Of a stretch of DNA of 64,000 bases, positions 9,820-20,460 are shown piece after piece. Origin of the DNA: an uncultured Actinomycetota bacterium (GTDB lineage: Bacteria; Actinomycetota; Actinomycetes; JAFAQI01); the NCBI GenBank assembly GCA_963770565.1, contig CAVYQE010000001.1, positions 320,001 to 384,000 on the forward strand, read 5' to 3'. Under the pieces are notes generated by a model that did no database searches, was not told the origin of the DNA, and worked only from the letters and a program-made list of their open reading frames with translations. A program made the position numbers and the translations under genes. The first letter of the stretch is position 1; the number at the start of each line of letters is the position of its first letter.

Positions 9820-11426
9820 TCTGATCTTCGGCTGGCGCGGGCTCGACGCGGCGAACCGTTCGCTCCGCATCCTGCACGAGTCGATCGAGAATGAGGGGAA
9901 CGTCGATCGCCGCCCGGCCGCAATCGCCCGGCAATGGAGCTTGCTCGATTGGGGCCGCGCTTATTTGCCCGATCATTTCCGCGTCGCCCCGTCGCGGATG
10001 CACGTCTGGCTGGCCGAACAGTTCGACGAAATGAAAAACCATCGCGGCCGAAAGCTCAATGTGCTCGGCCCGCGCGGCGGGGCAAAGTCGACGATCGCTA
10101 CGCTGGCGTTCGTGCTCCGCTCGGCCCTCGAAGGCCGCGAGCCGTATATCTGGATCATCTCCGACACCAAGCATCAGGCCATCGCGCATCTGGAAAACGT
10201 CAAGGCCGAGTTGCGCGACAATCCGCTGATCGCCGCCGATTATCCCGAGGCGGCCGCGGCGGGGCGACGCTGGCGCGAGAATCTCATCGGGCTGGCGAAT
10301 GGCGTCACGATCGAAGCCTTCGGCACGGGGCAGCGGATCCGCGGCCGCCGCAGCCGCGAGCATCGGCCGACGCTCATCGTGTGCGACGATTTGCAGGACG
10401 ATCGGCATATCGAATCGCGCCTGGCCGCGCGAACATTCGGCCCGTTGGTTTCACGGAAAGTTGCTGAAGGCGGGAACGAAGCGAACGAACGTGGTGAATC
10501 TGGCCACCGCCCTGCATCGCGAGGCGCTGGCCCTGGTTCTCGACGAGACGCCCGGCTGGATTTCGCGGCGGTTCGCGGCCATCGAGCGCTGGCCCGACAA
10601 TATGCCGCTGTGGGCCGAGTGGGAGCAGATCTATGCCGACGTTGAACGACCGGATAGCCGCGAAGCCGCGCGGGCGTTCTTCGAAGCGCATCGCGCGGCG
10701 ATGGAGGCCGGCGCCGAGTTGCTCTGGCCCGAGGAAGAGGACTTGTACACGCTGATGGCGATGCGCGTCGAGGAGGGGCGGACGGCGTTCGAGCGCGAGA
10801 AGCAGAATGTGCCGATCAATCCGGAAGCGTGCGAATGGCCCGAGGAGTATTTCGGCGATGGGCTGTGGTTCGACGATTGGCCGGCCGACGTGCAGGTGAA
10901 AACGCTGGCCCTCGATCCGAGCAAGGGGCACGACGCCGGCCGCGGCGACTATTCGGCCTTCGTCATGCTGGCCGTGGATCGCCGCGGGCTGCTCTATCTC
11001 GAAGCCGATCTGGCCCGACGGCCGACGCCGCAGATCGTCAGCGACGGGGTGGAACTCTGCCGGCGATTCAAGCCCGACGTGTTCGGAATCGAGGCGAATC
11101 AGTTCCAGGAATTGCTCGCCGGCGAGTTTGCCGCGGAACTCGCGCGGCAGCGCGTCTACAACGTCGCCCCGTGGGGAATCGAAAACCGGATGAATAAGCA
11201 GACGCGAATCCGCCGCCTCGGGCCGTTCTTGTCGTGCAAGCGGTTGAAGTTCAAGTCCCACTCGCCCGCCACGCGATTATTAGTGGAGCAGTTGAAAGAA
11301 TTCCCCGTCGCCGATCACGACGATGGCCCGGACGCCGCGGAGATGGCGATTCGCCTGGCGGCCGAATGGCTGGAAGGCCGGAAACCCTCGGATGGCTTGG
11401 GAGATCGATTTCGCTTGAGCGTCTAA
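9809..11426 (+). CDS. Phage terminase large subunit; frameshift near 10430
   Basis: PRGGAKST Walker A, RPTLIVCDDLQ Walker B, nuclease motifs LALDPS, GDYSA, HDDGPDA. Confidence 0.9.
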
Positions 11427-11730
11427 TGTCGCCTTTCGCTCCGCGAAAGAGCGTTTTCCCGCCGAGTTGTGGTCCGGTCTCGCGCGAGTTGTGGTCCGGT
11501 CTCCCGACCGGACCACTGTTGCCGACCGAAGGTCTCCGGCGCTTGGGAGACCTTCGGTCGGCTTGCGTGGCATGGTCGGGAGACCATGCCACAACCTGGA
11601 AACGATGTCGGCACTAACGCGGTCTGGCACCCCTATCGGGGTGCAAGGAGTTTTCTCGTTATCGAACCGGTGGTATCGGCCTTCGGCCTCAACCACCGGC
11701 TACCGTCTGCGAACCCTGCCGGGTTCGACT
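11426..11730. repeat. Cluster of REP-like elements between terminase and portal
   Basis: TGTCGCCTTTCGCTCCGCGAAAG, GTGG..GGTCTCCCGACC/GGTCGGGAGACC..CCAC and partial copy of the 7330-7500 element. Confidence 0.75.
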
Positions 11731-11772
11731 CGGAGTGTGTCTGCTACATTACCTTAACCCCGAGTTCAAAAT

Positions 11773-13149
11773 ATGACCACCAACACCACACCTCTCTCCC
11801 GTCTCGAAAACCGTCTTCAGGAAGCCTACGAACAATTCTGCTCCACCATCGTCAACCCGCTCGATGCGCTGTTCGACGGCGATGGCGCTGCCTGGTTGCC
11901 GCTCGGCGGCGGGCTCGATGCGACCGGCCTCGGCGGCTGCGGGCCGACCACCGAAACGCAGCTTCGCGAAATCCGCCATCAATGCCGGCTGCTCGCCCTG
12001 ACCAACGAAATCGCCATCAACGGCCATGAGAATCGGGTGAGCTTCATCGTCGGCGCGGGGCACACCTATCGGGCGGCCGTGAAGAAGGGGCAGCCGGCGG
12101 CGCCCGATTGGGCCGCGGCCGTGCAGAGCGTGCTCGACGAATTCATCAAGCTCAACTCCTGGCAGCGACGGCAGCAGGAGATCGTGCTCCGCCGCGATCG
12201 CGACGGCGAAGTTTTCCTGCGCCTGTTCGCAGCCCCCGACGGCACGACCCGCGTTCGCTTCGTCGAGCCGGGGCAAGTCGCCACGCCCGCGAATCGCGCG
12301 GCCGATCCGTCGGCCCAATTGGGCATCCTCACCGATCGCGACGACGTCGAAACCGTGCTCGCCTATTGCGTCGATGGCCAGCTCGTCGACGCCGGCGAGA
12401 TTCAGCATCGCAAGGCCAATGTCGATGGCAATGTGCGCCGCGGGCTGCCGCTGTTCTTTCCCGTGCGGAAAAATCTGCGCCGGGCGGAAAAGCTGCTCCG
12501 CAATATGAGCGTCGTGGCCGAGATCCAATCGGCGATCGCCCTGATCCGCAAACATCATCGCAGCAATCGCAGCGCCGTCGAGCAATTCGCCGCCGCCGGG
12601 GCCGATGCCCGCGTGACGAATACGCTGAGCGGGCAAACGACGAACGTTCGCCGCTACGGTCCCGGCACGATTCTCGATACGCATGCCGACATCGACTACG
12701 ACTTTCCCGCCGCCGCGATCGACGCCGGCAGCTTCATCGCCGTGCTGCAGGCCGAATTGCGGGCGATTGCCAGCCGGCTGGTCATGCCCGAGTTCATGCT
12801 GACTTCCGACGCCTCGAACGCGAACTACGCCTCGACGATGGTGGCCGAAGGGCCGGCGATGCGGATGTTCGCCCGGCTGCAAGCGGAGCAAGTGGCCGAC
12901 GACGTTGAGTTGATGACCCGCGTGGTGGCGAACGCCGTGGCGGCCGGCCGACTGCCGCGCGAGGTGCTTTCCGCGATCGAGATCATCGGCATCGCCCCGA
13001 CGCTCACTGTGCGCGATCAGATGCAAGAGGCCCAGCGGTTCCAGATCGAGCACGCCAACGGCATCCTCTCGCCGCAAACCTGGAGCCAACGGCTGGGACT
13101 CGATTACGAGCAAGAGCAAGCGAATTTCGCAACGCATGCCGGCCGGTAA
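11773..13149 (+). CDS. Phage portal protein
   Basis: RRDRDGEVFLR, RFVEP, DASNANYAS motifs; 458 aa; follows TerL. Confidence 0.85.
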   Translation: MTTNTTPLSRLENRLQEAYEQFCSTIVNPLDALFDGDGAAWLPLGGGLDATGLGGCGPTTETQLREIRHQCRLLALTNEIAINGHENRVSFIVGAGHTYRAAVKKGQPAAPDWAAAVQSVLDEFIKLNSWQRRQQEIVLRRDRDGEVFLRLFAAPDGTTRVRFVEPGQVATPANRAADPSAQLGILTDRDDVETVLAYCVDGQLVDAGEIQHRKANVDGNVRRGLPLFFPVRKNLRRAEKLLRNMSVVAEIQSAIALIRKHHRSNRSAVEQFAAAGADARVTNTLSGQTTNVRRYGPGTILDTHADIDYDFPAAAIDAGSFIAVLQAELRAIASRLVMPEFMLTSDASNANYASTMVAEGPAMRMFARLQAEQVADDVELMTRVVANAVAAGRLPREVLSAIEIIGIAPTLTVRDQMQEAQRFQIEHANGILSPQTWSQRLGLDYEQEQANFATHAGR

Positions 13150-13150
13150 A

Positions 13151-13490
13151 GTCGCGGAGCGACGACCGGCGAATAGCCGGGGGTGGAGCGTAGCGGAGCC
13201 CCGAATGCAGTCGCGGAGCGACGACCGGTGAATAGCCGGGGGCGGAGCGCAGCGGAGCCCCCGGTTTCGAATATCGGGATTTTCCCGCAGCCGCGTAGCG
13301 GCGAAACATCCCGCCGCGCCCTCATGTTTCGCCGCTACGCGGCTGGCGGTTCATATTGCCCGGCGACCGGGGGTTGCGCTGCGCTTCACCCCCGGCTATT
13401 CGAAGGTCGTCGCTCCGCGACTGCAAGATGTGATCGCTCCGCGACTGCAAGATGTGATCGCTCCGCGACTGCAAGATGTGATTGTTCCGC
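13151..13490. repeat. REP-like inverted/tandem repeats (GTCGCGGAGCGACGACC..AATAGCCGGGG) plus 23-bp tandem CGCTCCGCGACTGCAAGATGTGA
   Basis: Direct and inverted copies visible. Confidence 0.75.
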
Positions 13491-13560
13491 GACGGCGTTG
13501 GCGCCGGGCCGTTTCGAGCATCAAGACCACAGATTGTTTTTGAATGGCACAAAAATGTCG

Positions 13561-13589
13561 TTGAACCGAAACGTGAACATATGTATAAT
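13561..13589 (+). promoter_or_regulatory. Strong sigma70-like promoter with overlapping palindromic operator
   Basis: TTGAAC, 17-bp spacer, TATAAT; TGAAC-ATAT-GTATA at 13574-13587. Confidence 0.75.
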
Positions 13590-13595
13590 ACACCC

Positions 13596-13778
13596 ATGCT
13601 GACGCTACGAACCACGACCGCGAATCAAACGAAAGTGAGCCAGTTGGAAACCGCCTTGGCGGAACTGCTGGCCGAATCGCTCCGCCGCGGCTTTCACGGC
13701 AAAGCGGCCATCGAGCTGGCCATCCAAGATGGCACGATCCAGCATATCCGCCGCGTGGTCGAGCGGATCGAGAAATAG
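13596..13778 (+). CDS. Leaderless 60-aa DUF2292/YezD-like small protein
   Basis: ATG begins 7 nt after the -10 box; GFHGKAAIELAIQDGTIQHIRRVVE resembles the DUF2292 pattern. Confidence 0.65.
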   Translation: MLTLRTTTANQTKVSQLETALAELLAESLRRGFHGKAAIELAIQDGTIQHIRRVVERIEK

Positions 13779-13787
13779 GAAATCCAT

Positions 13788-13867
13788 CGGTATCGCGTCG
13801 AGCCCGCTCCGGCGGGCATCTGCGTGAGCCCACGGCGGTTCTGCAAAGTGCCGCACGTGGGTTTTTT
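13788..13867 (+). ncRNA. Putative cis-regulatory leader RNA with intrinsic terminator (copy 2)
   Basis: CGGTATC..GAGCCCG-loop-CGGGCATCT..GAGCCCACG-hairpin-CGTGGG-TTTTTT. Confidence 0.65.
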
Positions 13868-13895
13868 GTTGCGCCAAACAATGGAGAAAATCAGC

Positions 13896-15159
13896 ATGAA
13901 CGAAACGCTCTTGGAATACTGCAACTCGCGGGGAGTGCCGATCCGTGTCGATCGCACGGCCGGCGTGATCCGCGGCGTGAAAATTCTCGGCCTCCGCTCG
14001 CGCAACGGCCGCGAGTATCTGCCCGAGGCGCTCGGCCGGGCCGCCGCCCTCTATGAAGGGGCCAAGGTCAATGTAAATCATCCCAAGGGGAGCCCCGCCG
14101 CCCCGCGCGATTATCAAGATCGGATCGGCACCGTGCGCGGCGTCGCCGCCCGAGCGGGCGAGGGCCTGTTCGGCGATCTCCATTTCAATCCCAAGCACGC
14201 CCTGGCCGAGCAGCTCATCTGGGACGCCGAGCATGCTCCCGAGAACGTCGGCTTCTCGCACAACGTGCAAGCCCGCACCGCGCGGCGCGACGATTTGCTC
14301 GTCGTCGAGGAGATCACCCGCGTCGAGAGCGTCGATCTGGTGGCTGATCCGGCGACGACCCGCGGGCTGTATGAAGCGGAAGGACAGGGGTCGGAGAACG
14401 TTGTGCCTCGGTCTCCCGACCATGACCAAGTTGTGTCTCGGTCTCCCGACCACGTTGTGTCTCGGTCTCCCGACCACGTTGTGTCTCGGTCTCCCGACCG
14501 TGACTATGTTGTGTCTCGGTCCAATGTTGTGTCTCGGTCTCCCGACCATGTTGTGTCTCGGTCTCCCGACCGTGACACCCGCGCGACCAATGTTGTGTCT
14601 CGGTCCAATGTTGTGTCTCGGTCTCCCGACCATGTTGTGTCTCGGTCTCCTGACCGTGACACCCGCGCGACCGAAGGTCCACTGCGCGCCGGAGACCTAC
14701 GGTCGGATTCTGTGGCACGGTCGGGAGACCGAGCCATAACCGGCGTGGCACGGTCGGGAGACCGAGCCACAACTGCGGCCGAAGGTTCGAACGAGGGGTC
14801 AGGGGTCGGGGGCCGGGGGTCGGAAGGGCAAGCGGAACTCGCCGAGTTGGCGGAGCTTCGCAGCCGGTTGCTGCGGCCTCGAAGCCGAACATGCGGCCGT
14901 GCTGTTGGAGCAATCCATTTCCGACGAGCTGCTGGCCGCCCAAGTCGCGCCGCCGCTGGTCAGCGAACTCTTTCGCCAGCAGCTTCGCGCGGCGGGCAGT
15001 CCCGAAGCGCGCCGGCAGTTGATCGTCGAACGGTTGCAAATCGCCCGCGCGGCCGCCGCCGCCCGGCCGGCGAGCAAAGACCAGTATTTGGCCGAATCGA
15101 CCGCTCCGAGCCGATTGCCGACCGATCCCAAAAGCTTTGCCGATTCGATCACGGCCTGA
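13896..15159 (+). CDS. Head maturation protease/scaffold-like protein with in-frame REP expansion; frameshift near 14870
   Basis: SRNGREY, VNVNHP, GFSHNV, SVDLVADPATTRGLYE motifs; lies between portal and capsid. Confidence 0.75.
14399..14775. repeat. Intragenic tandem array of REP half-sites (GTTGTGTCTCGGTCTCCCGACC)
   Basis: About 10 direct copies plus inverted GTGGCACGGTCGGGAGACC; translates as VVSRSPDH repeats. Confidence 0.85.
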
Positions 15160-15262
15160 TGGCGCCGCAGCGGAATTCGCAAGAATTCCGAGAGCCGACC
15201 ACAACGACCGCGTCTGAATTCTTGCGAATTCAGCTACGACCCCCAACCCAAGGAACTCCTCC

Positions 15263-15954
15263 ATGACCAAGCTCATCGACTTGCTCGATCAACTCAAGCA
15301 TCGCCGCACGTTCGGCTTTCTCGACGATTTCGATTGGTATCTCAGCCCGCACCGCTGGACCAGCGTGTTCAGTCATAGCGGCACGGTGACGATCGCCGAC
15401 GCCGCGGGCGGGATCGCGACGATCGCGGCCAGCGGCGGATCGGTCGCCGCGAACGACGAAAGCTACGTGCATACCAGCCACGCCGTGTTCGAATTCGCCG
15501 GCGACAAGCCGATCCTGTTCGAGGCGGCCGTGCAGTTCAGCGAGGCCAACGTCGATCAAGCGAATATCCTCGTCGGCCTGATGGACTCGGTAGCCGCCGG
15601 AATGCTGGCCGACGACAACGCCGGACCGAAAGCATCGTACAGCGGCATGGTCTTCTTCAAGGCCGGGGAAGCAACGTCTGGAGCTGCCAATCGTCGGTCG
15701 GCTCGGCGAAAACGACGACCGTCACCTCGACTCCTGCCGGCGGCGCCGCCTATCAAACGCTCACCGGCCAATGGCAGCCGATCAACGCGACTCAAGCCGA
15801 AGCGGCGTTCTTCATCGACGGGCTGCTCGTGGCCCGGCAACTCTTCACGTTCACCGGCGGCGTGGCGATGCAACTTTGCGTCGGCGTGAAAAACGGCAGC
15901 GCCACGCTCGAAACGTTGAACGTCGATTACTCGGCCGGCTATCAACTGCGATGA
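15263..15954 (+). CDS. Putative capsid decoration/accessory protein; frameshift near 15670
   Basis: Beta-rich protein (FGFLDDFDWY..., GVKNGSAT.ETLNVDY) immediately before the major capsid gene. Confidence 0.5.
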
Positions 15955-15968
15955 ATGGCAGTTGTCCT

Positions 15969-16318
15969 GTTGTGGCTCGGTCACTGTTGTGGCTCGGTCT
16001 CACTGTTGTGGCTCGGTCTCCCGACCGTGCCACATGCCGCGACCGCAGGTCTCCCATGCATTGCGAGCCGTGTGGTGATTCGGGAGACCTTCGGTCGGAT
16101 CCGTGGCATGGTCGGGAGACCATGCCACAACACAGTGGCTCGGTCACTGTTGTGGCTCGGTCTCACTGCTGTGTGGCTCGGTCTCCCGACCGAGCCACAT
16201 GCCGCGACCGCAGGTCTCCCTGCCTCGCGGGCCGTGTGGTGATTCAGGAGACCTTCGGTCGGATCCGTGGCATGGTCGGGAGACCATGCCACAACACGGG
16301 AGACCATGGCCACAACAC
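15969..16318. repeat. REP cluster (GTGGCTCGGTCTCCCGACC / GGTCGGGAGACCATGCCAC), duplicated ~170-bp unit
   Basis: Two near-identical hairpin units. Confidence 0.8.
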
Positions 16319-16401
16319 CGGCGGACAAAGCACAACGGACAACGGACAACGGACAACTCTCGATTTCCAATCACTCTCAACCTATTCGGAGACGCTTGAT
16401 T

Positions 16402-17580
16402 ATGACCAAAGCCGTCAACTATCGCGAACTGAAACGCCTGTACGAAACGATGGGCTCCCAGCAGGTCTGCCGCCATTTGCGCGAGTCGCTCGGCGACGGG
16501 CATCTCCGCCCCGAGGATTTCTCGCTCCGCGATCTGGCCGAAGCGACGATCCCCGACGGCCGCGAGTTCGTCCGGCTGCTCGATCCGCGCTCGAAGGCCG
16601 GCGGGATCGATCTGCTCGAAGCGGCCGACGCCGTCGATACGGCCACGTTCAGCAATATCACCGGCCAGATCGTTTTCGCGAAGATCATGGAGGGCTTCTC
16701 GTCGGAGGCCTTCGTCGCCGGCCGAATGGTCGAGACGATTCCCACCCGCTTCAGCGGCGAGAAAATCCCCGGCATCGGCCCAATGGGCGACGCGGCCGAG
16801 GCGATCGACGAAGGGCGGCCCTACCCGCACGTCGGCCTCTCCGAGGATTACATCGAAACGCCCGCCACCACCAAGCGCGGCATGATCGTCCCCGTCACCA
16901 AGGAAGCGATCTTCTTCGATCGCACGCATCTCGTGCTCCAGCGGGCCGGCGAGGTCGGCGAGTTTCTCGGCCTCAACAAGGAGAAGCGGATTCTCGATTG
17001 CCTCATCGATGCCAACAGCACCGATCATCGCTACAAGTGGCGCGGGACGAGCTACGCGACCTATCAGACGTCCGACCCTTGGATCAACATCAAGGCGACC
17101 AATCCGCTGGTGGATTGGACCGACGTCGATGCGGCCGAGCAGCTTCTGGCCGACATCACCGATCCGAATACGGGCGAGCCGGTGCTGATCATGGCCGACA
17201 CGATCCTGGTGTGCCCCGAATTGCTGCACGCCGCGCGGCGGATCGTCGATGCCACCGAGATCGAACAGGTTGACAACCAGGCCGCCGCCAAGACGGTCCG
17301 CACTCTGGCCCCCAATCCGATGGCCGGCAGCTACCGCATCCTGTCGAGCCGGCTGCTGCGGTCGCGGCTCACGGCGGCCGGCCAGGCCACGAGCAATTGG
17401 TATCTCGGCAATTTCCGCAAGGCCTTCGCCTACATGGAGAATTGGCCGATCACCGTCACCCAGGCCCCGCAAAACAGCGAAGCCGAATTCACCCAAGACA
17501 TCATGATCCGCTTCAAGGCCAGCGAGCGCGGCGCGGCGGCCACGCTCGAACCCCGCTACGTCGTCAAGAACACGGCCTGA
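16402..17580 (+). CDS. Major capsid protein (HK97-fold, Mu gpT-like)
   Basis: 392 aa; FSNITGQ, EGRPYP, KRGMIVPVTKEAIFFDRT, RFKASERGAA..EPRYVVK; synteny. Confidence 0.8.
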   Translation: MTKAVNYRELKRLYETMGSQQVCRHLRESLGDGHLRPEDFSLRDLAEATIPDGREFVRLLDPRSKAGGIDLLEAADAVDTATFSNITGQIVFAKIMEGFSSEAFVAGRMVETIPTRFSGEKIPGIGPMGDAAEAIDEGRPYPHVGLSEDYIETPATTKRGMIVPVTKEAIFFDRTHLVLQRAGEVGEFLGLNKEKRILDCLIDANSTDHRYKWRGTSYATYQTSDPWINIKATNPLVDWTDVDAAEQLLADITDPNTGEPVLIMADTILVCPELLHAARRIVDATEIEQVDNQAAAKTVRTLAPNPMAGSYRILSSRLLRSRLTAAGQATSNWYLGNFRKAFAYMENWPITVTQAPQNSEAEFTQDIMIRFKASERGAAATLEPRYVVKNTA

Positions 17581-17581
17581 G

Positions 17582-17930
17582 CACTCATCATGCTCCGCCC
17601 TGTACTCATCACGCTCCGCGTGATGACACGTTCGCCGTGATGACCGTTCTGAATACTCATCACGACGGAGCGTGACGACGACGGTTCATCACGACGGAGC
17701 GTGATGACCACAATTGTACTCATCACGCTCCGCGTGATGATCGCTCCGCCGTGATGACCACGTCGTCATGCTCACGGCTCAGCCCGATTCGCACGCCAAG
17801 CTTCGTCACGACGGAGCGTGATGACGACGGTTCATCACGACGGAGCGTGATGAGTACATTAAATATTCATCACGACGGAGCGTGATGAGTACATTTGTAC
17901 TCATCACGCTCCGCGTGATGATCACGCTTA
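17582..17930. repeat. REP cluster (CATCACGCTCCGCGTGATG / CATCACGACGGAGCGTGATG)
   Basis: About 10 palindromic copies; same family at 28105-28290. Confidence 0.8.
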
Positions 17931-17978
17931 CCGCTGCCCTCACAAATCTCCCGGAAAACCCAGAAACGCGGCTCAGCC

Positions 17979-18194
17979 ATGTTGACCGACTGCCAAACGA
18001 TTGCGGCCATCCGCAGCCAAGCCCTCGCGCAATTGCTCGATCTGCGGGCGAATCCCAAGCCGACTTACACGATCGACGGGCAAAGCGTCTCGTGGGAGAG
18101 CTACGCCCGGTCGCTGCAAGAAACGATCGATTGGTGCGACTTGAAGTCGATCGGATTGGCGCCGTTCGAAATCCGCTCGCGAGGAGTCACCTGA
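17979..18194 (+). CDS. Head completion (gpW-like) protein
   Basis: 71 aa; PTYTIDGQSVSW hairpin motif; follows capsid. Confidence 0.6.
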   Translation: MLTDCQTIAAIRSQALAQLLDLRANPKPTYTIDGQSVSWESYARSLQETIDWCDLKSIGLAPFEIRSRGVT

Positions 18195-18838
18195 TGGCCG
18201 CGGCATTCGACGTGCAAGCCGATTTCGCGCAAGTGGCCGACCAGCTCGAGGCGGTGACGCTCGAGCGGGCCGACGGCGCCGAGTCATCGCCGCTCGCCGG
18301 CGCGCTGCGGCGTGCGATCGGCACGCGCGAAGCGGCCGCGAGCGGCGGCAAGTACACGGCCGCGGATGTCCGCTGGCATCTCGCGGCCGCCGTGTTGGCC
18401 GCGGCGCCGCGGCTCGGCGATCGGATCATCGACGCCGCGGGTGAGGCTTGGACGATTTTGGAAACGCGGCTGGCCACTTGCGGTTCGCGCTACGAATGCG
18501 CGAGCCGCAATCTGGCGATCGCCGCCGGGCTCGACACTTCGATCACGATCCGCCGCGAGCAGATCGCGAAGAGCGCCAGCGGGGCCGTCGAACGCTGCTG
18601 GACGGATTATCGCATCAATGTCCGGGCGCGGATTCAAGAGCAATCGGCCCGCCGCGGCGAGCAGCACGGCCGCCAATCGGGAATCGTGACGGCCAAGATT
18701 TATTTGGCTGAGCAGATCGCGATCGACAACGGTTTTCGAATCGTAGCCGCCGACGGCACGCTCTATGAAGTGATCGGCTGCGCCAACCCCGACTCGATTA
18801 CCGGCCTATTCACAATCACCGCCGAACGTAGGTTGTAA
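18194..18838 (+). CDS. Head-tail adaptor/closure protein
   Basis: Translationally coupled (TGATG); two beta-barrel-like repeats (PRLGDRIID..WTI; GFRIVAADGTLYEV). Confidence 0.55.
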   Translation: MAAAFDVQADFAQVADQLEAVTLERADGAESSPLAGALRRAIGTREAAASGGKYTAADVRWHLAAAVLAAAPRLGDRIIDAAGEAWTILETRLATCGSRYECASRNLAIAAGLDTSITIRREQIAKSASGAVERCWTDYRINVRARIQEQSARRGEQHGRQSGIVTAKIYLAEQIAIDNGFRIVAADGTLYEVIGCANPDSITGLFTITAERRL

Positions 18839-18982
18839 CGAACGCGAGGCAATGTCGCCTTTCGCTCCGCGAAAGTCGCGCTCTCTTTCGCGGGAGCGAA
18901 AGGCGACATCGAACTCCTCCCCGACCCCAATCCCTGCCCCCTCCTCCCCGACCCCCGACCCCCGACGCCCGACCCCTGCCCA

Positions 18983-19414
18983 GTGACCATCGAACGCGCA
19001 ATCCACGAGCATTGGAGCGGCTGGCGCCCGCTGACGGCGCTGGTGCCGCCCGAGCGGATATACACCGGCTTGCCGCCGATCTGCGACGCCGCGGGAGAAA
19101 CGCTGACGTTTCCCTACGTGTCGATCGCCGCCGAGCAACAGGACCGGCAGACGCGCACCTCGAGCGGCACAACATTGGCCGTCGAGCGGATCCGCTTTTC
19201 GATTTACGGCCAAAGTTACGACGCGGCGCGGCGGATCGACCGCGCGATTTGCGAGTATTTCGACCGCCGCGATTTCGCCTGGTCGGAGGGCCGAGTGCTC
19301 GACATGCAGCCCGCCGGCCGCACCGAGAGCGAAAGCCCCGACGACGGCGTGTGGCTCGTCGCCCGCGATTTTCTCGTTCGCTTTTCCGACACGTTTGGGA
19401 GCCAACTTCGATGA
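18983..19414 (+). CDS. Tail terminator/completion-like protein
   Basis: 143 aa; LVPPERIY..FPYV..IRFSIY pattern; synteny. Confidence 0.55.
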   Translation: MTIERAIHEHWSGWRPLTALVPPERIYTGLPPICDAAGETLTFPYVSIAAEQQDRQTRTSSGTTLAVERIRFSIYGQSYDAARRIDRAICEYFDRRDFAWSEGRVLDMQPAGRTESESPDDGVWLVARDFLVRFSDTFGSQLR

Positions 19415-19923
19415 CCACGCTTGCCAGTGAAATCCGCGTTTCGATGCAGTGGCTATTCCAGGAGCCGCTGGCCTTGACCACGGTCGGCGACGCTTCGCAA
19501 CTCGCTTACGACGAAACGCTCGCCAGCGGCACAGCGGCCGACCAGGCCGACCGCATCTGGTCGGACCAACGCACGCTGGCGGCCGGGGCGGATGACGACC
19601 TCGATCTGACGGCGCTTACGCAATCGCTGTTCGGCTCGACGGTGACGATCGACTTCGCCCGCGTGAAGGCGATCTTGATCGTTCACACCTCGACCACGGC
19701 CGGGGAAAAGCTGTCGCTCGACTCCTCGGTGACCAACGGTTTCACCGGCCCGTTCGCCGGCTCCGCCACGAGCAAGCTGGAGATCGGCGCCGATAGCGCC
19801 GCCCTGTTGGCCAGCAAGAAAGACGGCTGGGCCACGGCCTCGGGCAATAAAGTGCTGCGAATCCACAACGGCGGCTCGGCCACGGCGATTTACAACGTCG
19901 TCGTGCTCGGGACGAGCGCGTGA
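19411..19923 (+). CDS. Hypothetical virion protein
   Basis: ATGA overlap with the upstream gene; beta-rich 170 aa. Confidence 0.65.
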   Translation: MTTLASEIRVSMQWLFQEPLALTTVGDASQLAYDETLASGTAADQADRIWSDQRTLAAGADDDLDLTALTQSLFGSTVTIDFARVKAILIVHTSTTAGEKLSLDSSVTNGFTGPFAGSATSKLEIGADSAALLASKKDGWATASGNKVLRIHNGGSATAIYNVVVLGTSA

Positions 19924-20076
19924 AGCTGAAGGATGAAGGCTGAAGGCTGAAGGATGAAGGATGAACGCGGCGGTCCAATGCAATCGCGATGATTGCACTG
20001 CGCTGCACGGGCAACTGACGACTGACAACTGACAACTGACAACCGGCAACCGGCAACTGACAACCAACCGCCAATC

Positions 20077-20460
20077 ATGTCCCAACCTATCTCCGGCAAA
20101 AGTGGCTTCGTCAAGATCGGCGACGATGCGGTCGCCGAAGTGACGCGCTGGTCGTTCGCCAAACAGGCCCACTCGAGCCGGTATGCTTCGAGCAGTACGG
20201 GCGGATTTACGCGGAGCATTCCGGGAGTGAAATCGGGCAGCGGCGAAATCGAATTCGCGTTCGACATCGCCGCCGCCGGCCCGCTGGTCGAAGGCGCCGC
20301 CGTGACGCTCCAGCTCTACCTCGACGCGACCCACTTTTACTCCGTTCCCGCGATCGTCACCGGATTGGAAGTCGAAGTCGATATCGACAGCGGCGCGGTG
20401 ATCGCGGGCACAGCCCGCTTCGACACCGACGGCGCCTGGACGGAGCCGGACTTGGGATAG
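20077..20460 (+). CDS. Tail tube protein-like
   Basis: 127 aa; ISGKSGFV..VAEVTRWSF..SIPGVKSGSGEIEF pattern. Confidence 0.6.
   Translation: MSQPISGKSGFVKIGDDAVAEVTRWSFAKQAHSSRYASSSTGGFTRSIPGVKSGSGEIEFAFDIAAAGPLVEGAAVTLQLYLDATHFYSVPAIVTGLEVEVDIDSGAVIAGTARFDTDGAWTEPDLG

Noticed and set aside
15263-17580. Encapsulin nanocompartment
   Set aside because: The capsid gene is accompanied by portal, terminase and head-tail connectors
17582-17930. CRISPR-like short repeats (also 28105-28290 and 14399-14775)
   Set aside because: Irregular spacing, both orientations and very short non-unique spacers; this is typical of REP clusters
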